From the NCBI GenBank assembly GCA_047602405.1, contig JASGHJ010000002.1:128001-192000 (forward strand): 64,000 nucleotides of DNA. The letters are read 5' to 3'. Position 1 is the stretch's first letter. Every line of letters starts with the position of its first letter. Below the pieces are notes generated by a model. That model saw nothing but the letters and a program-made list of their open reading frames with translations, did no database searches and was not told the origin of the DNA. Shown here piece by piece: positions 45,377 to 53,974 of this stretch. The position numbers were made by a program, and so were the translations under genes. The stretch comes from Anaeromyxobacteraceae bacterium. GTDB lineage: Bacteria > Myxococcota > Myxococcia > Myxococcales > Anaeromyxobacteraceae.

Positions 45377-48073
45377 ATGGGGTCCTACGCCCTCGTCATC
45401 GTCGAGTCCCCGGCCAAGGGGAAGACCATCGAGCGCTACCTCGGGTCGGGGTACCGGGTCATGCCGTCGGTGGGCCACATCGTGGACCTGCCCGAGGGCG
45501 GCGGCCTGCAGATCGACGTCGAGAACGGGTTCGAGCCGACCTACGTCGTCACGAAGCCCGACGTGGTGAAGGGGCTCAAGGCCGCGCTCAAGGAGGCGAA
45601 GGAGCTCTACCTCGCGACCGACGAAGATCGCGAGGGGGAGGCCATCTCCTATCACCTCCACCAGCAGCTGAAGCCCCGGGTGCCCGTGCACCGGATGGTC
45701 TTCCACGAGATCACGAAGAAGGCCATCCAGGAGGCGCTCGAGCACACCCGCGAGATCGACGGCGGGCTCGTCGCGGCGCAGGAGACCCGGCGCGTGCTCG
45801 ACCGGCTGTACGGGTACGAGCTCTCGCCGCTCCTGTGGAAGAAGGTGAAGCCGCGGCTCTCGGCCGGCCGGGTGCAGTCGCCCGCGCTCCGGCTGGTGGT
45901 GGAGCGCGAGCGGGAGCGCATGGCGTTCCGCTCGGTCGCCTACTGGGACGTCGTGGCGAAGCACCCCACCGCCCCCGAGTTCCAGTCCACCCTGGCCGCC
46001 CTCGACGGGAAGCGCGTCGCCGCCGGCAAGGACTTCGACGCCCAGGGCAAGCTGCAGGGCGACGCCCGCCCCGTGGACGAGGCGACCGCCCGCGCCCTCG
46101 CCGGGGCCCTCGAGGGGAAGTCCTTCACGGTGAAGCGCGTCGAGCGGAAGCCCTACCGCTCTTCCCCGCGCCCGCCGTTCATCACCTCCACCCTGCAGCA
46201 GGAGGCGGGCCGCAAGCTCCGCCTCGGCGCGCGCGAGGTCATGCGCACCGCCCAGGGGCTCTACGAGCGCGGCTTCATCACCTACATGCGCACGGACTCG
46301 GTGACGCTCTCCGAGACCGCGCTCGCCGCCGCGCGCGGGCAGATCGCCGAGCTGTTCGGGCAGGCCTTCGTCGCGAAGGAGCCGCGCCGCTACACCTCGA
46401 AGTCGAAGAACGCCCAGGAGGCCCACGAGGCCATCCGCCCGGCCGGCGACACGTTCCGCACGCCCGACGAGGTCAAGCGCGAGCTCTCGCCGCTCGAGCT
46501 GAGGCTCTACGAGCTCATCTGGAAGCGCACGCTCGCCTCCCAGATGGCCGACGCCGAGGGCGAGTCGGTGAACGTCCGCCTCGACGCCCCCCGGGCCGCA
46601 GGGCTGCACGCCGAGTTCAACGCCTCCGGCCGCACCATCTCCTTCCCCGGGTACCTCCGCGCCTACGTCGAGGGCGAGGACGACCCCGACGCGAAGCTCG
46701 AGGACCGCGAGGCGCCGCTGCCGAAGCTCGAGGAGGGCCAGGTCGTCCCGGTCTCCGCGCTCGAGCCGCTCTCGCACACGACCTCGCCGCCGGCGCGCTA
46801 CACCGAGGCGTCGCTCGTGAAGAAGCTCGAGGAGCTCGGCATCGGCCGGCCCTCGACCTACGCCAGCATCATGGCGACCCTGCAGGAGCGCCGGTACATC
46901 CGCAAGAAGGGCCAGGCGCTCGTGCCGGAGTGGGTGAGCTTCCCGGTGGTGCGCCTCCTCGAGGAGCACTTCGGCGACCTCGTCGAGTACGCCTTCACGG
47001 CCGAGCTCGAGGAGGACCTCGACAAGATTGCCGGCAAGGAGATGGCGAAGCTCGAGTTCCTGAAGGAGTTCTACTTCGGGACGAAGCGGCGCCCCGGCCT
47101 CAAGGGCCGCTCCGAGCGCGAGCTCGGCAAGATTGACGCCGCGCTCATGAGCACCATCCCGGTCGGCAAGGCCGACGACGGGGAGGAGATCGTGGTACGG
47201 GTCGGGCGCTACGGCCCGTACCTCAAGAAGGGCGAGCAGACCGCGACGGTGCCGGAGTCGCTCGCCCCGGACGAGCTCTCGGTCGCGAAGGCGGTCGAGA
47301 TCCTCGCGACGCCGCAGGGCGGCAAGACGCTCGGCGTCGATCCGGCGAGCGGCCAGCCCGTCATCGTGCGCACCGGCCGCTTCGGCCCCTACGTGCAGCT
47401 CGGCGAGCCGCCGAAGGGCGAGAAGCCGGAGAAGACCCGCTCGCTCCTGTCGCACATGAAGCCCGAGACGCTGACGCTCGAGGAGGCGCTCTCGCTCCTC
47501 ACGCTCCCGCGCGTGCTCGGCCACGTGGACGGCGAGGACGTGGTGGTCGACCACGGCCGCTACGGCGCCTACGTCCGCCACGGCAAGGAGACCCGGAACC
47601 TCGGCGGCGACCGCGAGGCCGAGGTGCTCACGCTGACGCTCGAGCAGGCGCAGGCCCTCCTCGCGCAGCCCAAGACCTTCCGCGGCCGCGGGACGCCGAA
47701 GCCGCCGCTCGCGTCCTTCGAGAAGGACCCGACCTCCGGCAAGCCCATCGTCCTCAAGGAGGGGCGCTTCGGCCCGTACGTCACCGACGGCGAGACGAAC
47801 GCATCGCTCCGCCGCGGCGAGGATCCCTCCGAGCTCACCTGGGAGCGCGCGGTCGAGCTCCTCGTGGAGCGCCGCGCCGCGCTGGCGTCGCCCGACGCCG
47901 GCCGCCGGGCCGCGCGCGGGAAGCCGAAGCGCCGCGGCGCGAAGGCCGACCTCGGCGTCGCGCCCGCGCCGAAGGCCGTGGCCGCCGGCGCCGAGAAGCC
48001 CGCCGCGAAGGCGCCGAAGGCCGCGGGCGGCAAGAAGGCCGCCGCCCCGAAGAAGAAGGCGAAGAAGGGCTAG
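45377..48073 (+). CDS. topA: Type IA DNA topoisomerase I with Topo_C repeats and Lys/Ala-rich tail
   Basis: VIVESPAK, ATDEDREGE, SAGRVQS, ITYMRTDS, GIGRPSTYA; four GR(Y/F)G.Y repeats. Confidence 0.96.
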   Translation: MGSYALVIVESPAKGKTIERYLGSGYRVMPSVGHIVDLPEGGGLQIDVENGFEPTYVVTKPDVVKGLKAALKEAKELYLATDEDREGEAISYHLHQQLKPRVPVHRMVFHEITKKAIQEALEHTREIDGGLVAAQETRRVLDRLYGYELSPLLWKKVKPRLSAGRVQSPALRLVVERERERMAFRSVAYWDVVAKHPTAPEFQSTLAALDGKRVAAGKDFDAQGKLQGDARPVDEATARALAGALEGKSFTVKRVERKPYRSSPRPPFITSTLQQEAGRKLRLGAREVMRTAQGLYERGFITYMRTDSVTLSETALAAARGQIAELFGQAFVAKEPRRYTSKSKNAQEAHEAIRPAGDTFRTPDEVKRELSPLELRLYELIWKRTLASQMADAEGESVNVRLDAPRAAGLHAEFNASGRTISFPGYLRAYVEGEDDPDAKLEDREAPLPKLEEGQVVPVSALEPLSHTTSPPARYTEASLVKKLEELGIGRPSTYASIMATLQERRYIRKKGQALVPEWVSFPVVRLLEEHFGDLVEYAFTAELEEDLDKIAGKEMAKLEFLKEFYFGTKRRPGLKGRSERELGKIDAALMSTIPVGKADDGEEIVVRVGRYGPYLKKGEQTATVPESLAPDELSVAKAVEILATPQGGKTLGVDPASGQPVIVRTGRFGPYVQLGEPPKGEKPEKTRSLLSHMKPETLTLEEALSLLTLPRVLGHVDGEDVVVDHGRYGAYVRHGKETRNLGGDREAEVLTLTLEQAQALLAQPKTFRGRGTPKPPLASFEKDPTSGKPIVLKEGRFGPYVTDGETNASLRRGEDPSELTWERAVELLVERRAALASPDAGRRAARGKPKRRGAKADLGVAPAPKAVAAGAEKPAAKAPKAAGGKKAAAPKKKAKKG

Positions 48074-48094
48074 CGTCCCCCGGAGGTCCGTCCC

Positions 48095-48466
48095 ATGGCC
48101 GCCTCGACGAAGGACCTCCTGCTGAAGCTGTTCGCCGGAGGGGACGCGAGGCCGGTCCGCACGTCGCAGACGCTCTTCCGCGAGGGCGAGCAGGGCAACT
48201 CGGCCTTCGTGGTGCTCGAGGGCGAGCTCGAGATCACGATCCGCGGCATCACCATGGAGCGCGTCGGCCCGGGCGGCATCGTCGGCGAGATGGCGTTCGT
48301 GGACGACTCGCCGCGCGCGGCGAGCGTGTCGGCGCTCGTCGACTCGAAGGTGGTCGAGGTGCCGGCCGCGCGCTTCGACGAGATTGTGCGGAGGGACCCC
48401 GCGTTCGCGCGCGTGCTGCTCTCGATCGTCTCCGAGCGGCTCCGGAAGATGAACCGGTACCTGTAG
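48095..48466 (+). CDS. Stand-alone cyclic-nucleotide-binding domain protein
   Basis: LFREGEQG..AFVVLEG, GEMAFVD..PRAASV; RBS GGAGG. Confidence 0.88.
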   Translation: MAASTKDLLLKLFAGGDARPVRTSQTLFREGEQGNSAFVVLEGELEITIRGITMERVGPGGIVGEMAFVDDSPRAASVSALVDSKVVEVPAARFDEIVRRDPAFARVLLSIVSERLRKMNRYL

Positions 48467-48492
48467 GACGGCCTCCCTGCGGGGGCGGGGGC

Positions 48493-48529
48493 TTGACGCC
48501 GACAGGCCTGTGCTGAAAAATCAGCACAG
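48493..48529 (+). promoter_or_regulatory. Promoter (-35 TTGACG) and palindromic operator CTGTGCTGA-AAAA-TCAGCACAG directly before the blaI-like ATG
   Basis: Perfect 9-4-9 inverted repeat 48508-48529; 17-bp core recurs at 50934-50950. Confidence 0.85.
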
Positions 48530-48919
48530 ATGCCACGCAAGGTCGCCGAGTCCCTCAGCCGCCGCGAGCGGCAGGTCATGAACGTCCTCTTCCGCCGCGG
48601 CGAGGCCACGGTCGCCGAGGTGCTCGGCGACCTCGCGGACCCGCCCACCTACTCCGCCGTGCGCTCGGTGCTGCGCATCCTCGCGGAGAAGGGGCTCGTC
48701 ACGCACCGGGAGGACGGGCCTCGGTACGTGTACCTGCCCGCGGTCGAGACGGGCCGGGCCGGGACGGAGGCGCTGCAGCACGTGGTGAAGACGTTCTTCG
48801 AGGGCTCCGCCGAGCAGGCGGTGACGGCGCTCCTCGAGCTGAGCGACGCCGGCCTCACCGACGCGGAGCTCGAACGGCTGCGCGAGCGCATCCGCGCCGC
48901 GAAGAAGGCGGGGAGGTGA
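48530..48919 (+). CDS. BlaI/MecI/CopY family repressor
   Basis: LSRRERQVM.VL...GEATV.EV...PTYSAVR..LRIL.EKG, TFFEGS. Confidence 0.93.
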   Translation: MPRKVAESLSRRERQVMNVLFRRGEATVAEVLGDLADPPTYSAVRSVLRILAEKGLVTHREDGPRYVYLPAVETGRAGTEALQHVVKTFFEGSAEQAVTALLELSDAGLTDAELERLRERIRAAKKAGR

Positions 48920-48923
48920 CGTG

Positions 48924-50887
48924 ATGGCCCTCGAGCTCGCGCTCCTCGTGGCGAAGGCGACCGCGCTCCTCGGCGCGGGCGCGCTCGTGGCCCTCGCGCT
49001 CCGCGGCGCCTCCGCGGGCGCCCGGCACCTCGCGTGGGCGCTGACGCTCGGCGCCGCGCTGGTGCTCCCGGCGGCCGCCCGCCTGAGCCCGTGGCGGCTC
49101 GAGGTGCTGCCGGCGCCGGCGGCCGTCGAGGCACCGCCGGCCGCGCTCGCCCCCGCCGACGGGGTCCCGGAGCCGTCCGCCGCGCCGGTCCGCCCCCTCC
49201 CATCCCGCGCGCACGGCCAGGTCACGCCGGCGCGCGCCGTACCGTCGCCGTCGCCGTCTCGGGCGGAGGCGATCACGTTCGCGCCCGATCCGGCGGCGCT
49301 CGCCGTGATCCTCTGGGCCGCGGGCGCCGTCCTGCTCGCGCTCCGCGCCCTCGACGGCCAGCGCGCCGCCCGGCGGCTCGTGCGCGCCGCCCGGCCCTGC
49401 GCGGACCCCCGGCGGCTCGACCTCCTCATCGATTCCTCTCCGACCGGCTCGGCCTCGAGGAGCCGCCCCGCCTGCTCGTGAGCGACGCCGTGGCGATGCC
49501 GTTCGCGTACGGGCTCCTCCGCCCCGTGCTGGTCCTGCCCGCGCAGGCGGCGCGGTGGGACGACGCCCGGCTCGCCGTGGTGCTCCTGCACGAGCTCGCG
49601 CACGTGCGGCGGCGCGATCCCGCCGTGCACGCGCTCGCCGGCCTCGCGCGGGCGGCGTGGTGGTTCCACCCGCTCGCGTGGTGGGGTGCGGCGCGCCTGC
49701 GGGCGGAGGCCGAGCGCGCGGCCGACGATCACGTGCTGGCGTGCGGCGCCCGGCCCAGCGACTACGCGACCCACCTCGTCGAGATCCTCGCCGCGGCGCG
49801 GAGGCCCGGGGTGCCCGCGGCCGCGCTCGCGATGGCGCGCGTGCGCGAGCTCGAGGGCCGCCTCGTCGCGCTGCTCGATCCCGCCGTCCGCCGGGGCGCG
49901 CCGGGCCTCGCCGCCCGGGCCGGGCTCTCGCTCGTGCTGGCGGCGGCGCTCGTCACGGTGTCCGCGGCGGCGACGACCGCACCGGCGCCGGCCGCCGCGC
50001 CTCCGAAGGCCTCCCCGGCGGAGGCCTCGGCGCCGGCGACCGCGGCGGCACCCGCGGAGCCCGCGCGCCCGGTCACCGCGCCCCGCCGCACGGTGAGCGC
50101 GGCGCAGCCCGCGAAGGCGGCGGCGCCGGCCCTCGCCGCGCCCGTGACCGCGCCGGCCGCTCCCGGAGCGGGCGCCCGCACGGCGCTGCTCTCGAAGGTG
50201 CTGGCCACCAATCCCGACGCGGAGGTCCGCAGGGCTGCGGCCTGGGCGCTCGCGCAGGACCGCGGCGCCGCCTCCGCGGCGGAGCCGCTCGTGGGCGCGG
50301 TTCGCGGAGACGCCGACCCCGAGGTGCGCGAGATGGCCGCCTGGGCGCTCGCCGACGCACCCGGCGCCTCCATCGGCGCCGCCCTGGCCGCGGCGCTCCG
50401 CTCCGACCGGGAGGCCGAGGTGCGGCGGACCGCCGCCTGGGCGCTCGGTCACCGCGAGGACGGCGACGCCGCCGCGCTCGCCGCCGCCGCGAAGGACCGG
50501 GACGCCGAGGTCCGCGAGGTGGCGCTCTGGGCGCTCGGCCAGCGGCGGGCCGCGGAGGCCCAGGCCGCGGCGGCGGGCGCGCTCCGGGATCCCGAGCGCG
50601 ACGTGCGGCTGGCGGCGGCGTGGGTGCTCGGCGAGCTGCCGGACGCCTCGGCCGCGAAGGCCCTCGAGGCCGCCTTCCAGTCCGAGCAGGACGGCGAGGT
50701 GCGCGAGGCGCAGCTCCGGGCGCTCGCCTTCCTGGGCGACGCCGAGGGCGCGTGGCTCGAGAAGGCGCTCACCTCGCGCGACGCGGAGCTCCGCGCCCGC
50801 GTGGTGGCCATGCTCGCGGGGAAGGGGCCGGGCCCGTGGCCGTGGCCGTGGCCGTGGCCATGGCCGGATCCGAGGCCGATGCCCTGA
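48924..50887 (+). CDS. M56 (BlaR1-type) metallopeptidase with C-terminal HEAT repeats and (PW)n tail; frameshift ~49432
   Basis: TM N-terminus; PFAYGLLRPVLVLP, HELAHVRRRD, WWFHPL, ERAADD; about 7 EVR..AAWALG-type repeats. Confidence 0.88.
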
Positions 50888-50933
50888 GGGGGAGCGGGGG
50901 AGCACGGGGGGCAAGGAACTTGCGCGTGGAGAG

Positions 50934-50950
50934 GTGCTGAAAAATCAGCA
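50934..50950. promoter_or_regulatory. Second copy of the BlaI-like operator GTGCTGAAAAATCAGCA
   Basis: 17/17 identical to 48510-48526; upstream of the HEAT-repeat gene. Confidence 0.85.
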
Positions 50951-50961
50951 GCGGCGCGGGA

Positions 50962-51007
50962 CCTTCCCCGACCCGAAGCGGCGGGGGAGAGGGCCAGGGT
51001 GAGGGGG
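50962..51007 (+). repeat. REP-like element (GGGGAGAGGGCCAGGGTGAGGGG type)
   Basis: Resembles the widespread CCCCTCACCC..CCCTCTCCCC intergenic repeats; single copy here. Confidence 0.5.
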
Positions 51008-51010
51008 CGC

Positions 51011-51112
51011 CGGAGCGGGAGCGGGAGCGGGAGCGGGAACGGGAACGGAAGCGGGAACGGGAGCGGGAACGGGAGCGGGAACGGGAGCGGGAGCGGGATC
51101 AGAAGCAGAAGC
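51011..51112 (+). repeat. Hexanucleotide tandem array, mostly GGGA(G/A)C, 17 units
   Basis: 15 GGGARC-like units plus 2 AGAAGC, ending at the RBS AGGAGGG. Confidence 0.95.
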
Positions 51113-51123
51113 AGGAGGGAACA

Positions 51124-52438
51124 ATGGCCATGTGTTCGGCGATCTTGTCGGCGATGCTGGGGTTCACCACGGCGGTGGCGGCGCCGCAGGGAGGGGATTC
51201 GAGGGACCTGCTCAGCGCGGCGCGGGGGGCGGCGCCGGCGCTGTGCGCGCTCGCGATCGACGGCGTGGGGAGAGGCGGCGGGCACGGGTTCGATGCGCCG
51301 TCGCTGCCCGTGACGACCGCGGTGCGCGAGCGGCTCCGCGGGAGGGGGGCGGCGCCTTCGGCCGAGGAGGCGAAGGCCCTCGTCGGCGCGCTCGGCGCGG
51401 GGGACCCGTGCGAGCGCCACATGGCGGCGACGCTGCTCGGGCGGAGCGGCTCGGCGCCGCTCGCGGCGGAGGTCGCCGGGCGGCTCGGCGCGGCGGCCGC
51501 GCCGGAGCGCGCGGCGGTGCTCCTCGCGCTCGGGACGATGGAGGCCTCGGCCCAGGCGGCGCCGGTGGCGAGGGCGCTCGGCGACGGCGTCAGGGAGGTC
51601 CGCGCCAACGCGGCCTGGGCGCTCGGGCGCATGGAGGCGAAGGGGCAGGTGCCGGCGCTGCAGGCGGCGCTGAAGGACCGGGAGCCGATGGTGCGCGCGG
51701 CGAGCGCGACCGCCCTCGGGCGGATGGAGGCGAAGGCGGCGGTGGAGGCGCTCGGCAAGGTGCTCCGCGCGGACGAGGACGCCGAGGTCCGCCGCACCGC
51801 CGCCTGGGCGCTCGGCGAGCTCGAGGACCGCGCGGGCGCCGGCGCGCTCGCGGCGGCGCTCGCCGGTGACAAGGCGGTGCCGGTGCGCGAGATGGCCGCG
51901 TGGGCGCTCGGGAACCTCGAGGCGAAGGACCAGGTGGAGGCGCTCTCCCGCGCGCTCTCCGACGACGCGATCGAGGTGCGCGAGACGGCGGCCTGGGCGC
52001 TCGGCGAGCTCGAGGCGCGCGGCGCGGAGCCGGCGCTCGCGAAGGCGCTCGCGGACAAGGCGCCGGAGGTCCGCGAGACCGCGGCCTGGGCGCTCGGGCA
52101 GCTCGAGCTCCGGACGGCGCCGCCGGGGCTGGTCGCCGCGCTCAAGGATCCCGAGGCGGACGTCCGCCTCGCCGCGGCCTGGGCGCTCTCGGAGAATCGC
52201 GGACCGCGGGGTGGCCGCCGCGATCGCGGGCGCGCTCCAGGCCGAGAAGGACGACAAGGTGCGCAAGGCCGAGATCCGCGCGCTCGTCGAGCTCGACGAG
52301 CCGCCCGCGGAGGTGCTGAAGGGGCTGCTCGAGGCGAAGGACCCCGAGACGCGCGCGCTCGCGGTGCGTGCGCTCGCGGGCCGGGGGCACCCGTGGCCGT
52401 GGCCCTGGCCGCGCCCGCAGCCCCGGCCGTCGCCTTGA
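51124..52438 (+). CDS. Exported HEAT-repeat protein with (PW)n tail; frameshift ~52195
   Basis: Signal-like N-terminus; about 11 HEAT repeats; removing one A from GAATC restores LSEIADRG and joins the frame ending PWPWPWPRPQPRPSP. Confidence 0.85.
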
Positions 52439-52490
52439 GAGGAGCGGCGGAGGGTGTCCGGGGGTAGGATGCGCGCGGAGGAACCACCCC

Positions 52491-53120
52491 ATGCGCCCAG
52501 CCATCCTCGCCGTCGTCGCCTCCGCCGCGCTCGCCTGCGGCACGTCCACTCCGCCCCCGGCGCCGTCGCCCGCCCCGGTGCCGGCCCAGCCCGCGGCGCA
52601 GCCCGCCCCCGCGCCGGTCGCGGCGCCCGCGCCCGCTCCCGCACCGGAGCCCGCGCCCACGCCGGCCCCGAAGCTGGAGGAGAAGGTCGTGGCGCAGGCT
52701 CCGGCCCCCGCGCCGAAGCCGGAGGTGAAGCCCGAGCCGAAGCCGGCGGCGCCCGCGCCCGCTCCGGCCCCCGCGCCGAAGCCGGAGGTGAAGCCCGAGC
52801 CGAAGCCTGCGGCGCCCACCCCCGCTCCCGCCCCCGCCGAGCCCGCGTCCACGCACGCCAAGGTCGGCGCCGCGAAGTGCAAGATGTGCCACAAGGTCCA
52901 GTACGCCTCGTGGGAGGCCTCGAAGCACCCGGCCGCGAACGTCGACTGCGAGGCCTGCCACGGCAACGGCGGCGAGTACTGGATGGCGTCCGTGATGAGG
53001 GATCGCGCGAAGGCGACGGCGGCCGGGCTCGTGATGCCCACGGTCGCGAGCTGCAAGAAGTGCCACCCGGGCGCGGACGCCGCGCTCCTCGGGAAGGCCC
53101 ACGCGCACAAGGGCGGGTAG
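52491..53120 (+). CDS. Triheme cytochrome c lipoprotein with Pro-rich linker
   Basis: Lipobox ALAC; CKMCH, CEACH, CKKCH; duplicated APAPAPKPEVKPEPKPAAP. Confidence 0.88.
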   Translation: MRPAILAVVASAALACGTSTPPPAPSPAPVPAQPAAQPAPAPVAAPAPAPAPEPAPTPAPKLEEKVVAQAPAPAPKPEVKPEPKPAAPAPAPAPAPKPEVKPEPKPAAPTPAPAPAEPASTHAKVGAAKCKMCHKVQYASWEASKHPAANVDCEACHGNGGEYWMASVMRDRAKATAAGLVMPTVASCKKCHPGADAALLGKAHAHKGG

Positions 53121-53121
53121 C

Positions 53122-53586
53122 TTGCCGGCTCCCGCTCCCGAGACGTTCCGCCTGCGCGCCGAGGCCATGCAGGGCGTGGCGCGCAGGCTCAACCTGCGCT
53201 TCCTCCTCACCGTGGCCGCGGTCGCGCTCATCGTGGTCGCGCTCTTCTCGGCGGGGCTGCGCGACCAGGAGGGCGGCTACCGCGCGCTCGCGGTGGGCTT
53301 CGTGGTCCTCGCCGTCTTCGCGTACTGGGGCTGGCGGCGGCGCCTCACGCGCTTCCGCGAGCGGTGGGCCTCGTTCACCGTCGTGCTCGAGCCCGACGCG
53401 CTCGTCCGCAGCGTCGTGGGCTACCCGGAGGTGCGGATCCCGCGCGCCGAGGTGGCGTCGGTCGGCGAGGCGCCGGCGGGCGTCGTGGTCCGGGCGAAGG
53501 GCGGGCAGGCCATCGTGCTGCCGCGCGAGCTCGAGGGGTACGAGCGGCTCCGCGCGGCCGTCGCGGCCTGGAAGCCGGAGGGCTGA
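53122..53586 (+). CDS. Hypothetical membrane protein
   Basis: Two TM segments then a soluble beta-rich domain; start uncertain. Confidence 0.7.
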   Translation: MPAPAPETFRLRAEAMQGVARRLNLRFLLTVAAVALIVVALFSAGLRDQEGGYRALAVGFVVLAVFAYWGWRRRLTRFRERWASFTVVLEPDALVRSVVGYPEVRIPRAEVASVGEAPAGVVVRAKGGQAIVLPRELEGYERLRAAVAAWKPEG

Positions 53587-53588
53587 GC

Positions 53589-53963
53589 GTGCGGTGGGCG
53601 TTCGTCGCGCTCGCCGCGTTCGTGGCACTCGGCGCGGTGCCGGTGGGCGCGCAGTGGGTGCTCCACCCGGACGGCGGGACCATCGGCATGCCGCTCGCCG
53701 TGCTCGCGCCGACGCCGTTCCGGGACTTCCTCGTCCCGGGCGCGCTGCTGCTCGGGGCCGTCGGCGGGAGCCAGCTCGCCGCGGGGGCGCTGGTGCTCCT
53801 CGGCCGTCCGCAGGGCCGCCTCGCAGCGCTCGGCGCCGGCGCGATCCTCGCCGGCTGGATCGCGGTGCAGGTGCTGCTGATCGGCTACGCGAGCTTCTGG
53901 CAGCCGCTCATGGGCGGCGTCGCGCTCGCGGAGCTCGCGGTGGGGTGGCGGGTCGGGCGCTGA
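53589..53963 (+). CDS. Hypothetical 4-TM membrane protein
   Basis: PDG..IGMP..L..TPF.DFLVPG.LL, GWI.VQ. Confidence 0.7.
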   Translation: MRWAFVALAAFVALGAVPVGAQWVLHPDGGTIGMPLAVLAPTPFRDFLVPGALLLGAVGGSQLAAGALVLLGRPQGRLAALGAGAILAGWIAVQVLLIGYASFWQPLMGGVALAELAVGWRVGR

Positions 53964-53974
53964 AGCGCTGCCCG

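Noticed and set aside
51011..51112. CRISPR array, or a Gly-Ser/Asn peptide ORF (50999-51313)
   Set aside because: Simple hexamer repeat without spacers; the ORF is a by-product of the repeat
52491..53120. Triheme cytochrome as part of the BlaI regulon
   Set aside because: No operator copy upstream, and it has its own -10-like TAGGAT and RBS; no link shown
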